A stretch of 63,614 nucleotides of DNA, counting the filler, from Octopus bimaculoides (Eukaryota), in assembly GCF_001194135.2 (NCBI RefSeq). It is 4 parts of 3 records of this genome, joined end to end, with 100 filler letters (N's around TTAATTAATTAA, not from the genome) between each part and the next. Parts side by side here need not be neighbours in the genome. Positions count along the whole stretch, not along the records: positions 13,135 to 36,200 come from NC_068983.1; positions 36,301 to 61,111 come from NC_069006.1; 2 more parts are not named here. One strand, written 5' to 3'. Positions 23,091-36,499 of this stretch are shown here, piece after piece. The notes under the pieces were generated by a model. It searched no databases, was not told the DNA's origin, and worked only from the letters and a program-made list of their open reading frames with translations. Within the stretch, counting starts at the first letter, position 1. Each line of letters starts with the position of its first letter. Both the position numbers and the translations under genes were made by a program.

Positions 23091-24490
23091 TTGGGTTGTC
23101 CGAAAAGTTTGTGCCGATTTTTAAAGGAAAGAAAAAAATCAATAAATACTTGCCATTACATTTTTAATCAACCAAATATAAACCAATTTGTTGCACAATG
23201 CATCTCCATCTTTCCTTTAACTTGAAAATACCCTCTTCCCAGAATTGAGGTGGTTTCATGGCAAAGAATTCATCAAGGTATCTTTTTATGTCATCCAAGG
23301 AATTGAAATTTTTACTATTAAGACTATTCTGCAGAGACCTAAATAAGTGGAAATCCGAAGGAGCAATATCTGGTGAATATGAAGGGTGGGGTAACACATC
23401 CCAGCCGAGCTGCAGCAATTTTTGTCTGGTTCCCAAAGAAATGTGTGGTTTTGCATTATCATGTTGGAAAACAACATTCTTCCTGTCGGCCAATTCTGGA
23501 CGTTTCTCTTGAATTGCTGCTTTTAACTCATCCAGTTGTGTGCAGTATTTCTCAGAATGAATTGTCTGGTTACTTGGGAGAAGCTCATAGTACAGAATTC
23601 CTTTCCAATCTTACCAGACACAAAGCAANNNNNNNNNNNNNNNNNNNNNNNNNNNNNNNNNNNNNNNNNNNNNNNNNNNNNNNNNNNNNNNNNNNNNNNN
23701 NNNNNNNNNNNNNNNNNNNNNNNNNNNNNNNNNNNNNNNNNNNNNNNNNNNNNNNNNNNNNNNNNNNNNNNNNNNNNNNNNNNNNNNNNNNNNNNNNNNN
23801 NNNNNNNNNNNNNNNNNNNNNNNNNNNNNNNNNNNNNNNNNNNNNNNNNNNNNNNNNNNNNNNNNNNNNNNNNNNNNNNNNNNNNNNNNNNNNNNNNNNN
23901 NNNNNNNNNNNNNNNNNNNNNNNNNNNNNNNNNNNNNNNNNNNNNNNNNNNNNNNNNNNNNNNNNNNNNNNNNNNNNNNNNNNNNNNNNNNNNNNNNNNN
24001 NNNNNNNNNNNNNNNNNNNNNNNNNNNNNNNNNNNNNNNNNNNNNNNNNNNNNNNNNNNNNNNNNNNNNNNNNNNNNNNNNNNNNNNNNNNNNNNNNNNN
24101 NNNNNNNNNNNNNNNNNNNTGATCGCTCTTTATCAATAAGGCTACAATCTCCAGCTCAGAACCTTGCGAACCACTTCCGTACAGTTCTTTCGGATAAAGA
24201 AACATCACTGTAAACTGCACATATTTCTTTGGTTGCTTGTGAGGCATTTTTCCCTTCACGGAAAAAGAAAAGCATCAAGTGCCGAAAATGAACTTTCTTA
24301 TCTTCCATTTTAAAAGGTTACAGAATTAACACAGATTATAGGAACATAAACCTTCTTCCACAAAAAGATAGCTTAAACTGTGCTCTGAATGGAGGTGTAG
24401 TCAAATCCTATTTTATGGACTCAACCATGTTCTAAAATAAGTCGAAAGGGAAGCTACTATAAATCGGCACGAACTTTTCAGACAACCCAA
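23091..24490 (-). mobile_element. Full-length mariner transposon with TIRs and TA target duplication; middle lies in an N gap
   Basis: TIRs ttgggttgtccgaaaagtttgtgccgat / atcggcacgaacttttcagacaacccaa (2 mismatches), TA at 23089-90 and 24491-92; ATG at 24308 gives MEDKKVHFRHLMLFFFREGKNAS; C-terminus has QHDNAKPH and YSPDIAPSDFHLF; two in-frame stops visible. Confidence 0.95.
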
Positions 24491-24584
24491 TACATATATA
24501 TCAGCATTCATGTATATGTATATATATGCCAGCACATATGTATATACATGTATGTATGTATGTATGTATGTATACACACATATA

Positions 24585-24978
24585 GGCGTAGGAGTGGCTC
24601 TGTGGTAAGTAGCTTGCTTACGAACCACATGGTTCCGGGTTCAGTCCCACTGCGTGGCACCTTGGGCAAGTGTCTTCTACTATAGCCTCGGGCCGACCAA
24701 AGCCTTGTGAGTGGATTTGGTAGACGGAAACTGAAAAAAGCCCGTCGTATATATGTATATATATATGTATGTGTGTTTGTGTGTCTGTATTTGTCCCCCC
24801 AACATCGCTTGACAACCGATGCTGGTGTATTTACGTCCTCGTAACTTAGCGGTTCGGCAAAAAGAGAATAAGTACTAGGCTTCCAAAGAATAAGTCCTGG
24901 GGTCGGTTTCCTCGACTAAAGGCGGTGCTCCAGCATGGCCACAGTCAAATGACTAAAACAAGTAAAAGAGTAAAAGAG
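24585..24978 (+). mobile_element. Major tRNA/CORE-like SINE; other copies at about 1-75(-), 42707-43089(-), 48245-48360(-), 49221-49670(-), 53815-53920(-), 56070-56580(-), 57320-57710(-), 59521-59930(+)
   Basis: ggcgtaggagtggct..tggtaagtagcttgctta head, gggttcagtcccactgcgtggcaccttgggcaagtgtcttctac, (TAAAAGAG)n tail. Confidence 0.9.
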
Positions 24979-25019
24979 ATATAAGATATATGGCAAATGC
25001 ACTGGTGCCACAAATAGAT

Positions 25020-25580
25020 TCTTTTAAATGCTTGGCTGGCTCACTAGAAGCAGTTGATAGCTTCTTTTACCTAGGTGATATAATAGAGATGGTTACTCTG
25101 GAAATATAGCTAGAATAAGAACAGCCTGAAAAAGTTCCAGGAGCTACTACCTCTAATGGCAACAAACCCTTCTCTCTCAGTATGAAGGGTAGATTATATG
25201 ATGCATGTGTTCAAACTGTAATGCTGTATAGTAGTGAGATGTGGAATTTGAATGCAGAAAACTTGCAAAGACTCAAAAGAAATTAAATAAGCCTGCTCCT
25301 ATGTATTTCTAATTGGGTATAAAAGGCATCAGATGCAATGTGCAAAAGAGAAGGCAAAAATGAAGGCTGCATTCATATGGAAATGTGATACATATGGAGG
25401 ATGTACCATGCACTCCAAGTTAGTGGAATCCATGGAAGAGGGATACCAAGGAAGACTTAAGAGAAAGTAGTGATAACTGATCTGAAGATGCTCCTCTTAC
25501 AAAGGAGATGGCTAAAGGTTGTATTAAGTGGTGATACGTGGTGTCACAGAAGACTTGACCACCCATGTAAAATGTGCACT
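25020..25580 (+). mobile_element. Decayed RTE LINE C-terminal fragment
   Basis: agaagcagttgatagcttc..tacctaggtga and gtagattatatgatgcatgtg motifs shared with the RTE copy at 35-36 kb. Confidence 0.65.
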
Positions 25581-26957
25581 GAAATGATGGCAGCATTAGA
25601 GGCTGGGATATCTATTTATGCATATATGTGTGTTTTTTTGTATTTATATGTGTTTGTCTATATGTATGCATATATATATATGTGTGTATAAATAATGCAT
25701 ATATTTGTATCCTGCAGAGGCTGTACTTGCTCCCACTTTTTACATCCCTGATCTATCTGATCACTTTCCCTCGTTCATTCATCTACCCATTCATTGAGTC
25801 ATCTCATTTCTCTGTCACTCATACCCCGCCATCTCTTATCTCTCTCCCACCCATGAAACTTACAAATTATAAATGGCTGCCCTGAATACCCCTATCTCAC
25901 ATCACTCTGCCTTCCCTATCCTTCACCCAGCCTATATATGAGAGACTGTATTGGGCCATCTGCATCACTCTATCTGAGCTCACCTTCCTCTTCCAGTCAT
26001 CTTCCCACTCTCTGCCATCCATCACTATCTTTCATCTTTCCTGTCTGGTCTACCCCCATGATACCCTTCTCTTTTAATGATACTGTAGATCCTTGCTTCT
26101 TTCATTTATTTTTCTCTTTTATGTTTCCTTTCCCTCACACCTTCTGTCCATATTTGCTCTCAAACTTTTTATTGCAGTATATTTAATCTGCACTCGATAA
26201 TGAATAATGGTGGTGGTATAATTATGATTTTCTTTCTATTGGACTGATGTAAAAAAAACTTGTAGGTGTAGCGAACCAAATCAATCCTACTAATTAATTA
26301 TATATAATTTATTGACCTTCAGAATGATAAAAAGCAAAGTCAGTCTTGGCAGGATTTGAACTCAAAGCAAAAAAAGTAGAGCATATGTATTATTTTCTTA
26401 CCACATATATGTATTCTTTATGTATAAAAACTGTAGTGGCATTAATCTCAGTCATAACTGCAGTAATAGTTGTAGTAACTGCAATAAAACTTGTCATAGT
26501 TACAGTAACAGCTGCACTTGTTTCTGCTAGATTACTATTGTCAAATAATTCCCTGGGAGTGAAGTTGAAACAAAAATTACAGCAGATACTGCAATATAAA
26601 AGTAAAATGGAAGACGGAAATTATATCTGGAGATACAATGAATTGAACCAATGTTGACCTATTTTAAATGAATTCCTTCAGAAACTAAACAGTGGCACAC
26701 ATTAAAGATTAAAAAATTATGTTTATATCCTGCATATTTGATATTTACTGTATTCATTAAGTATTTAAAAATATGTATTTCTTAAGACATTTTAAGCTCC
26801 ATGATAAATTGTTTGTTATATAGTGTAAGATATGTAAAATATTTGTTGAAAAAAAAAAGTTGCAGTAAAAGATAACTAACCTGCACCGACATAATAATAG
26901 TAAAAGAAAAAGGTACATACTCAGAATAATAGTTTTTTAATTCTTTTTCTTTGTCAG

Positions 26958-27107
26958 TACATTAATGGAGGAGCTCTATATCAAGTGTTGGCAAACAAAG
27001 AAATAGAACTACCATGGAAAACACGTATAAATTTGGCGCTGGACATTTCTAATGGCATGCGTTATTTTCACACGAGAGGGGTTTTCCATCGAGATTTAAC
27101 ATCAAAG
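26958..27107 (+). CDS. TESK: TESK-family kinase exon (150 nt): YINGGALYQVLANKEIELPWKTRINLALDISNGMRYFHTRGVFHRDLTSK
   Basis: ttctttttctttgtcag acceptor, gtttgt donor; HRDLTSK catalytic loop is the TESK form (LIMK has HRDLNSH). Confidence 0.93.
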
Positions 27108-27229
27108 GTTTGTAATAATGATGATAATTTCTATCTTGGCAAAAGGCACCAAATTTTTGGAGATAAAACTGTTTATTGATCCCAGTATTTAACCTGTACA
27201 TATTTTGTCAACTGTTTTGTGAGTTATGT

Positions 27230-27520
27230 GCATAGTATACTTTTGCATTTATTCATTTGAAGCCAGTTGTTATTTGCTACTTTGTGTTTTTCTTTGGAAT
27301 AGCTTCTTTTATATGCAACTTATTTAGCTTTAATGGTAACAGTGATGTCCTTGTTTATGTTTCTGCATTTTTCGCAATGTTTTGTGAAAGATGATGCTCA
27401 TGTTTTGAGATGTTCTTTGATTCTGATAAGTATCAACTGAATCATGTTACCAATATAAAATTTGTTGCATTTAGCACACTGAAAAATTCATAGACTCGCT
27501 GCTTCACACACTAAGCACTT
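27230..27520 (-). mobile_element. Penelope-like element GIY-YIG endonuclease fragment
   Basis: Frameshifted VYEF/QCAKCNKFYIG...IRIKEHLKT*ASSFTKHCEKC. Confidence 0.7.
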
Positions 27521-28009
27521 GAGAAATAGGAAAATGGTATATTTGGAACAAGTCCAGAGTGTGGTCCTTTGTTGTAAATTTATTTCTTTTTGAAGAATGC
27601 ATCTAACCTTGTCTATGTTTTCATTCTCTTGAAGAAAATTAAGGTATCATGACCAGAAAATCTTTCTTAGTTTTGCTGCTGTGCTCCCACTCAGGCTCAT
27701 TCTCAATTAATTGGTCTGTGATTTCTATAATATTAGGGAGGCTGTTATTAAGAAATTCAATTGTAAGAATTATTTCTGGTGTTACTGGCACTACAGTAGG
27801 ATCTTCAGATTCATTTTAAATGTCTTGCTGTACTACTCCTGCAACTCTTCACCAAACTCTTGGCATGAGACTATTAACTCCCCTAAATTTTTGTTGATAT
27901 TTACATTCTTCTTTCATTGCCCAGCTCAACAGTGTAATTGATGAATTGCTGCTGCTATTATCTATTTGTAAAATTTTAGGAAATTATTGCATGTGTCTGT
28001 CTTCTTCAA

Positions 28010-28720
28010 CTGAGGCTGCTCTTGAGTGGGAAAAGAGTTATTCCATTAGAACACTTACCATCCCTGTAGTCAAAACCTACTGGCTCCAGTCGAAATGAGA
28101 AGCCAGCCGCCTCAAGGCCCCTTCTAATTATGTTATTCAGCGCAGCATGTTGGGGGAATCAGTCTGCGCTAAGATTGTAGGATAATGGATGCAGGCTGAA
28201 TTTATTGACTACTGCTCCATGGTGGCATTTCTGCAGTTCACAAACACACACACACATACACACACCAAGTGCTGGGTCACTCCAGTATGAGTGTATTCAT
28301 CATCTAGAGGGGTAGCAGTAGATGGGAATGGCACTGAATTGAGTCATGCGCTATTGTTTGGCTGCAAAGCAGAATGAAGGCAGGCTAGGTGGTGTTGGTG
28401 TAATGATGTATCAATCTACCTGAAAGTGGCCTTGCATCTGTATTCTGGCGGACAGCTAGGGCTGACTCCAGTTCCTGGGTCACATCTCATGGAATATCTT
28501 GCTGATGAGGATGTGGCTGGAGGAGAATGAGGAAAGATGGGTCAACAGAGTCAGGTCTCATGCAGAACAGAGACTAAGGCCATTGAATCTAACAGATAGT
28601 TTAGCCTGTTGCAATCTAGCACTGTCAAAGCTGACATTGCAGACCAGTTCAGCACAGCACCAGATGATTGATATCACTGAGAGGGTGACATGGTACACTG
28701 TGTAGCTAGAAAAGGAACTT
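28010..28720 (-). mobile_element. CRE-clade-like non-LTR retrotransposon C-terminal fragment
   Basis: QHAALNNIIRRGLEAAGFSFRLEPVGFDYRDGKCSNGITLFP, preceded by NSA*LNSVPFPSTATPLDD. Confidence 0.7.
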
Positions 28721-28939
28721 AGGCAAGAAGACAATGTGAGAAAGGATTTTGGTGCACCTGTGACACAATATAGAGAATGAACAAGTTACTTTTATTTAAA
28801 TTTTCAATAACCTCAATCCATTATTTAGCTTATTATAAACATAATAAAGATAGTTGTTTATTTATTAGTTACAAGTATGCAACTTTTACTGAAAGAAAGT
28901 AATCAGTTAAGCTACCCAAACAAACTCCTCCATTAATCA

Positions 28940-29395
28940 GGAAGTGGAAGATGTGAGCCCTAAAAATGCAATACTCAGAATTTTGTCTATGTGGGAAAGA
29001 GTAAATAGACAGGAGAATTTAGAAATCACCTTTAGTGAAGCTGAAGTGGATAATGGAAATAGAACTTTTGAATGTGATTGTGCAAGGAACAGGGTCTGTC
29101 TGCTTAACTCTAATTGTATATATAAAAATATTGTATTCAGATGTAAGGTTACCTCGGAGAATAAGAAGTACTTTTGTATAGGAACTAGCTCACGTTGTAT
29201 TAAGCAATGAATTGCCAATCATTTAAATTTGTTTAGATATAGGAACAAAATGAATACTACTAGCCTTAGTAAACTAATTAAGGCACTAAACGATAGTAAC
29301 AAAGTATATTTGATCGCTTGGGAAATGATTAGTAAGGCAAAACCTTATTGAATAGGTGATAATAGATGTGACTCTTGTGTGGAAGAAATGCACAG
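28940..29395 (+). mobile_element. Penelope-like element GIY-YIG fragment (different subfamily)
   Basis: CDCARNRVCLLNSNCIYKNIVFRCKV...CIGT; TSLSKLI...AWEMISKAKPY*IGDNRCDSCVEE. Confidence 0.7.
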
Positions 29396-31209
29396 TTGAT
29401 CTCGGCGGAATTTGAACTCAGAATGGAGTGACAAGTGAAATACTGCTAAACATTTTGTCCCGTGTGCTAACGATATTGCCCGCTCGCCACCTTACTACTA
29501 ATAATAATAATAATAGCAATAGTATTGAGGGTATAAACCCCAAATAAGTAAAATACCTCTGAATAAATATTGTACTCCATACAGCAAAATGTAAACAAAA
29601 ACTGCTACAATTAATTGAAATTTGAATAAAACATTAAAAAAAAAAACCCACACTTTAGCTGTAATACCAGTAGAGGTGATTATAAGACCGAAATTCCATT
29701 GGATTAAAAAAAAAAAAATAACTCTATCACCTTCAACTGAATACCAATGCAGAATGTTTGTTTGAATCAGTTCACTTTGAAAACATCCTGAGTGATGGAG
29801 CCTTTTTGAAATTACAGCGACTAGGATGCATAATCGCATACAGAGTAATGTACAGTTACTGCAATCGAAACATATGTAGGCCAGTGTTATATATGCTGTA
29901 GAAAACTTTTTAATGAAAGAAACTTTTGGATGTGAATAAATCTCAACTCTCCTCTTGGTTATCAATTATATACTCTACAGAATATTTACAGTTCTGAATA
30001 GGAACACAACTACCCAATGAGTGAAGGTTACCAGCACCAGTATCTCTTTTAAGCTTGAGTACTATGTAATTGGACTGTTGTGGATAGTTGGCATCTATAC
30101 AAATTTGTGAGATAAAAAGGTATCCTCCAGGATGATTTATTCCTTTTATACTCTATTTATTATACAATACACATACTGTATTATGTCTTTCCACATTAGA
30201 AATTTTCTATTCAGCATGTGTTGTCCAAAAAAATACAAATGTGACTAAATAGAATGGTTGGCACCAAAAGCACAGTAGTAAATGAAAAGGTGACTGAATC
30301 GAGAAAACCAGGACAAAACAACTGAAACAAATATCTGTATATGTCTGTAGAGGTAGAAAATATGACTTTGTTTCCTTCTACTCGTGACAGACTGGCTTGG
30401 GTATATCAAGAAGAGAATAATTGACTTCAAAACAATACACTGAGCCAGCTTTCACAGTCTGACAGTGTACGCAGATAAATATCTTGTGCAAATACAAGTG
30501 AGATACAAACAATAACAGCAATGCAAACAAAAACAGGATGCTGGGAGACCAGTCCAAATATATACAACAGGAGAATAGATGAAAAAGTTTTAAAATTGGA
30601 ACAAGTTTCTTAATGGCTTAGCAATGAATGCCAATTTCAATGACTTTCCAGAACAGGCTGTCCAGTCTGTTATATTGTAGAGAGTCTCTTTAACAATCTT
30701 TACTCACATTGCAAAGCTTACAGATGGCCTGTTTAATTGAAATAACTATGTTGCATTGAGGAAGAACATAAAACTAGACAAACTTTATCCTGCTCCACCA
30801 AATATTCTCAGGGACTTTGATGTTGCTCAAATATGAAACAGTTTTCTGGAAAATATGCATTAATATAAAACTGTACTGTCATTGGTCATTGTTATCTCAT
30901 ACATGCAAGAATAATATATGCTCATGCACATACAATATATTTCCTCATCTCACCTTCATTTTTACACCTCGTCATTTATGTATTTTCTGTTTCTCTCATC
31001 ATCTACTCTCTCTTTCTTTCTCCCCCCTCTCTCTTTCTATTTGCTCTTTCTCTTGCCTTTTCTCTCTGCTTTTCCTCTCTATCTGTGCTCATTCCCTGTC
31101 TCTTACCTGCTCCCTTTCTACTTTTCTTGATTACCTTTACACCTGCCTATCTCTCTACATATCTCTCTCCACTTCTTCCTGCCCTCTCTTTCTCTTTTTC
31201 TCAGTAGCA

Positions 31210-32480
31210 TGGATCTCAGCAAAACCAACTACACCAAAGACAGTATTAGATTTAAAATACATAGAAACTGGCAGTTTGAAAAAAAATAAAACAATGCTCC
31301 TTGCTAGCTATGGAATCACTGCCAAACATTCTGATTGCAGAGACCCTTAAGAGCTTTGGTTTTCATCAGACCCTGGCTCAAATAGAAAGGAAAAGGAATG
31401 AATTAATTTATTCCTATGCTCTAATTAGACCACACATGGAGCTACTAATAATATACTCAATGGGGAGACAAAAACACAAGGTGAAAAAGAAACCAGTGTC
31501 TTGATGGAATCCAAGAAGTGTCAGGGTGATGCTGTGAGAGAAGAACAAATAGACATCACATTCTGGACAACTATAAGTCCAAGGAGAACAACAGTAGCAA
31601 AGCAAAAGTTCACCAGGAAAAACAGAAGCCAAAGATGAAGATGAAGATGAAGGCACGAACAAGGAAGCAAACTGAGGATGGTCATAGGTTGAGTACAAAA
31701 ACAGAAACAAAAAGAATTAGAACCTGCAAAGACAATGGCTTTGAAATACTTTTTAAAAAAAAGCCCAAACAGTCTGCAAGTTCTATGCAAAGGATACCTG
31801 CTGGCATGAAGACTTTGGGATAGGCTGTAGATTTGCTCATTCAAAGCCCCATGCAAGCAGTACTCGTTTCACTTGCCTCAAGACTAGAGAGAACTGTCAC
31901 TGAGAAGACAAATAACTCCATCAGAATCAACAAGGACAGAAGCTCAGATCACAAAATGCCTCCACTTTGGAAATATGTGGATGGTGCACACACTACTTCT
32001 AAGAGGAAAAAATATGTAGGCACAGTGCAGACAGCAGCTGCTGAACCACAGTCTTTTTTTAGAGATGGTGCAGAGGTTTGTAAAGCAACTGACCTGGCTC
32101 CATCAGGCAGAATTTCAGAAACATGTATTGCACCTCAAACAACAAAAGATCCAGGGTGGCCTTTACATATGTCAGACCAATGGCCACTACCAACATCCTA
32201 TTTATTGCACCAGTATTCCTGCTGATCATCAGGGGTCTTGTCACGACCCACCAACCCAATACATGAGTGATTTAGTGACATGTAATCAAATAATATGCAT
32301 GGCACTAACAGAAACACAGCTAAACACAGCTAAACACTGATATATCAGATGGTGAGGTACATATACCAAAGTATGTTGTATTTCAAACTAACAAGAGGAA
32401 AGGACTCATGGTGGAGTTGCAATGTACATCCGGGAAGATGTCATGCCTGTAGTTCTGCTGTCACACTCAAACTTTGATTC
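31210..32480 (+). mobile_element. Decayed CR1/L2/Jockey-group LINE 5' portion (ORF1 remnants and APE endonuclease start)
   Basis: Frameshifted IICMALTETQLN/DISDGEVHIPKYVVF/THGGVAMYIREDV at about 32280-32450; left boundary uncertain. Confidence 0.55.
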
Positions 32481-34640
32481 CAGGTTTTGCTTCCATACCT
32501 GAAATTTCTTCTCCTATTCTGTTAAAGATTCTGTGATAAGAGGAAGGTCATCAGTATATAGCAGTTCCCATAGGCATCCAGTTTTGAAATCCTCTGTTAT
32601 GGCCTGGAGGTCTAATGAATAAGAGTGGTTTGAGAACTGAGCCTTAGTGAACCCCTACTTGTATGCTAAATCCATCACTGTATTCATGGCTAACTCTTAT
32701 CTTACTGACAGCACACTGTACATGACTTGTACAGCTCTAACATGCCACTTCTGTACTCCTAACTTCCTTAGAGACCACTAGATAAGAGAGCGGGGAACAC
32801 TGTCAAAAGCTTTCTCCATGCTGATGAAGGCTTACATGAAGTACAATGGCTTACTTATGGTCAAGTACTTTTCCTGCAACTGTCTCACTAGGAAGATGGC
32901 ATCTGTGGTACTCTTCCCAGGTACAGAACCAAACTGCATCTCATCTAGTTTAATTCTATTCCTAATGAATTGAGCTGTACCACTCTCAGTAACTTTCATG
33001 ACTTGGTCTTGCAGTTTAATACCTCTGTAGTTGTTTCAATCTAAGGCATCACCTTTACCCTTGTAGCAGCTAACTATAATACTACTACACCAATCATTGG
33101 GGATGGTGCCTTCCTGAATAACTTGATTAACTATACAGGTGACTAAGCTGTATCCTACACCACTGGAAATTTTAATATTCTTGTCAGTGATTCCTGATGC
33201 TCTAGGGGCTTTCCCTGTTTTCATATCTTTAATTGCCTTCTCTATTATGCTGCTGTCAACTCTAATGGCTGGTCCCTCAATTAGTTCAATATTTGGTAGA
33301 CTCGCCTTCCTTCATTTTCCACATTTAGTAACCTTTCATAGTGACACTTCCATGCATCTTTCTTTTTTGTGAGTCACTAAGTGCAAGCATACCATTATCC
33401 ATTCGCACACATTTCTCACACAGCACATCTCTATTCTCTCTGATACACTGCTTTGTGATCCTGAACATCTCATGCTTCTGATCTTCATGCTGTAGAACAT
33501 TTACAAATCTCTTACCTTCTGCTATTCCTTTTGCTATGTGAACCTGATGGCTAGCTGCCTTTTTGGCTATTTGATGATTCTCTTCTTCCACCAGTTTTCC
33601 AGTCTTTCTAGGCCTGTCTTTTTGCTTTTATAGCACTGTCTAACTCCTTGTTCCACCACCACATGACCCTTGCTCTAGCTGGGACTCTGCACAGATTTTG
33701 TCTGTAGCCCTCAGTAGATTGTCTCACAAGAACTTCCAATTGTCTTCTAAGCTATATGTCCCCAACTTTCTTTCTTTCGTCAGAAGCTTCCATAGTCTTC
33801 TTTTCCAGATTGGTCTATTTCTCTGAGTCTTTCCAGCTCTAATTCTGAAGTCACTAACTAGTAACCTATGTTGGGTTGTACACTCTTCACCTGGGAAAGA
33901 CTTTGTATGTTTAAACATCCATCTATCTTGTTGTCTAGTGATGAGGTAGTCAATTTGGATTATGTGCCCACCAGACTGATAAGTGATTAGGTGGCTGGTT
34001 GGTTTTCTGAAGTTAGTGTTGCATATCATGAGATCATTTGCATCACAGAACCCCAGTAGTCTTGTTCCCTCCTCATTACTAGGTCTAAAGCCATAGTCCT
34101 CATGCACTCTCTGGAATCCATGGGGATACTGTCCAACATGTCCATTGAAGTCACCAGCCACAATAACAAAGTCATTTGTCGTTGAGGTAGTCTGCAAAGG
34201 ACCTCATAGAATTGGTCTTTCTGGTTATCAGCCAGCTCAGACTGAAGAGCATAGGTAGAGATAAATGTCACTGTTAATTTATTTATAAGTCTCATCTTAA
34301 TTACCCTGTCAAACACTCTTACTACCTCAGTTACCTTATCGACCCACTTTTCTGCTAACAGTATACCTACACCACCCACTTCATCCCCCCTGCCAACACA
34401 GAAGAATTTGAATCTCTGTCTCTTACCTGTGAGCAATCTAGCTGAGGCACACTTCCATCTTACTTCTTGAACACCACACATATCAACATGGTATTGCTCC
34501 AACATTTCCCCACTCCTTGCTTTCATTGTGCCAGCATTGATGATTGAGTACTTGTGAGTGGTGGCAGAATGGTAGTTGTTGATATTTTGTCATCACCTGA
34601 AAAGATCAGTGCAAACACTTGCCAGCTAGCATAGAGCTTT
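32480..34640 (-). mobile_element. Decayed RTE LINE, endonuclease plus N-terminal RT
   Basis: CGVQEVRWK..GVGILLAEKW; VAGDFNGHVG; CNTNFRKP; TQHRLLVSDF; MKTGKAP..PNDW..YKGKGDALD. Confidence 0.9.
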
Positions 34641-34954
34641 GGTGCATAGCTTATTCAGTGAATTAAAATGAATCACAGTTTCACCCATTCTACACAATAT
34701 CCAGAGCAAGAGCCAACAAGAGATGAAGTGGGTATGAAAATAGGGAATGCAGGTTGACCTGGAAGAGAGGAATAAGGTGGTTACATAGGACAGTTTAAGT
34801 ATTATACGTCTAAATATTTATATGAAGTACCTTTAATTGTATACGACACTCATCCAGATTCATATATAGATATGTACATATATACATAGGTAGGCAGGTA
34901 CATAGATAATTCTGACAAGTACAAACGCACACACACACACGAGCCAGAAACACA

Positions 34955-36135
34955 TGACCATCATCATCATCATCATCGTTGAACGTCCGCTTTCCATTCT
35001 AGCATGGGTTGGACGATTTGACTGAGGACTGGTGAACCAGATGGCTACACCAGGCTCCAATCTAATTTGGCAGAATTTCTACAGCTGGATGCCCTTCCTA
35101 ATGCCAACCACTCTAAGAGTGTAGTGGGTGCTTTTACATGCCACCGGCACGAAGGCCAGTCAGGTGGTACTGGCAACGGCCATGCTCAAATAGTGTATTT
35201 TACGTGCCACCCGCACAAGAGCCAGTCCAGCAGCATTGGCAATGATCTCGCTCGAAAGTCCTTACACATGACACGGGCACAAGTGCCAGAAAAGCAATGC
35301 TGGGCACAGATGCCATCACAATTTAGCTTTTGCTTGCCCCAACAGGTCTTCGCAAGCCGAGTTTCATGTCCAATGAAGGAGACGACGTTGGCATGGGTGC
35401 CAGTCATCGAATTTAGTTCAATTTCGATTTCACTTGCCTCAACAGGTCTTCGCAAGTGAAGTTTAGTGTCCAATGAAGGAAAAGAACTCATAAGTGGGCT
35501 GGCTACATCCTTGGCAGAGGCCTTGGATTAAGGTCTCACTTGGCTTGCCGGGTCTGCTCACGCACAGCATATTTCCAAAGGCCTCGGTCAGAAGTCATCG
35601 CCTCGGTGAGGCCCAATGTTCGAAGATCTCGCCTCACCTCCTCATCTCAGGTCTTCCTGGGCCTACCTCTTCCACAGGTTCCCTCAACTGCTAGGGTGTG
35701 GCACTTTTTCACACAGCTATCCTCGTCCATTCTCGCCACATGACCATACCAATGCAATCGTCTCTCTTGCACACCACAACTGATGCTTCTTAGGTTCAAC
35801 TTTTCTCTCAAGATACTTACACTCTGTCTAGTATGCACACTGACATTACACATCCATCGGAGGATACTGGCTTCATTCCTTGCGAGCCTATGTACACATG
35901 CGTCATACAGTCTGCCTTTTACTCGGAGAGAGAGGCCCTTTATCGCCAGCAGAGGTAAGAGCTCTCTGAACTTTGCCCAGGCTATTCTTATTTTAGCAGC
36001 TACACTTTCAGCACACCCTCCCCCACTTCTAACTTGGTCACCTAGATAGCGGAAGCTATCAACCACTTCTAGTTTTTCTTCCTGGAATGTAGCAGAAGTT
36101 GTTTTCTGCACATTTACAGTGTTTATAGCTCCTGA
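34955..36135 (-). mobile_element. RTE LINE 3' end (RT C-terminus, 3' UTR, (GAT)n tail)
   Basis: LEVVDSFRYLGDQV..AWAKFRELLPLL..RRLHWYGHVARM..GRGRPRKT; catcatcatc tail complement at about 34955-34977. Confidence 0.9.
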
Positions 36136-36200
36136 ACATCTGCTACATACAAAAACTAACTTCCTAGTTAACCTTCCTTTGATATTGCTGCACCTCTTAT

Positions 36201-36300
36201 NNNNNNNNNNNNNNNNNNNNNNNNNNNNNNNNNNNNNNNNNNNNTTAATTAATTAANNNNNNNNNNNNNNNNNNNNNNNNNNNNNNNNNNNNNNNNNNNN
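36201..36300. other. Artificial scaffold spacer 44N-TTAATTAATTAA-44N
   Basis: Same 100-nt construct as 13035-13134. Confidence 0.95.
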
Positions 36301-36499
36301 AAAGAACCAAGTTTCATGAACTCATCGATAAAGATAATAAAATGTAGTCATTTTATTATCTTTATCTTATGATATTTACTTTGTTTTATATTCTACTCAT
36401 TTATTGTGCTTTTATTTATTAATTTTTCTATTTGTGATAGTGGATTTTCATCGATGGTTTCTTGAAACTTGGTTATTTTCCCTAAAACTATATATATAC

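Noticed and set aside
24585-24665. tRNA genes at SINE 5' ends
   Set aside because: A/B-box-like heads continue into SINE bodies and lack a complete cloverleaf.
30260-30830. Possible Helitron Rep N-terminal relic (CC..NIKLDKLYPAPPNILRDF)
   Set aside because: One short motif only; too decayed to support a call.
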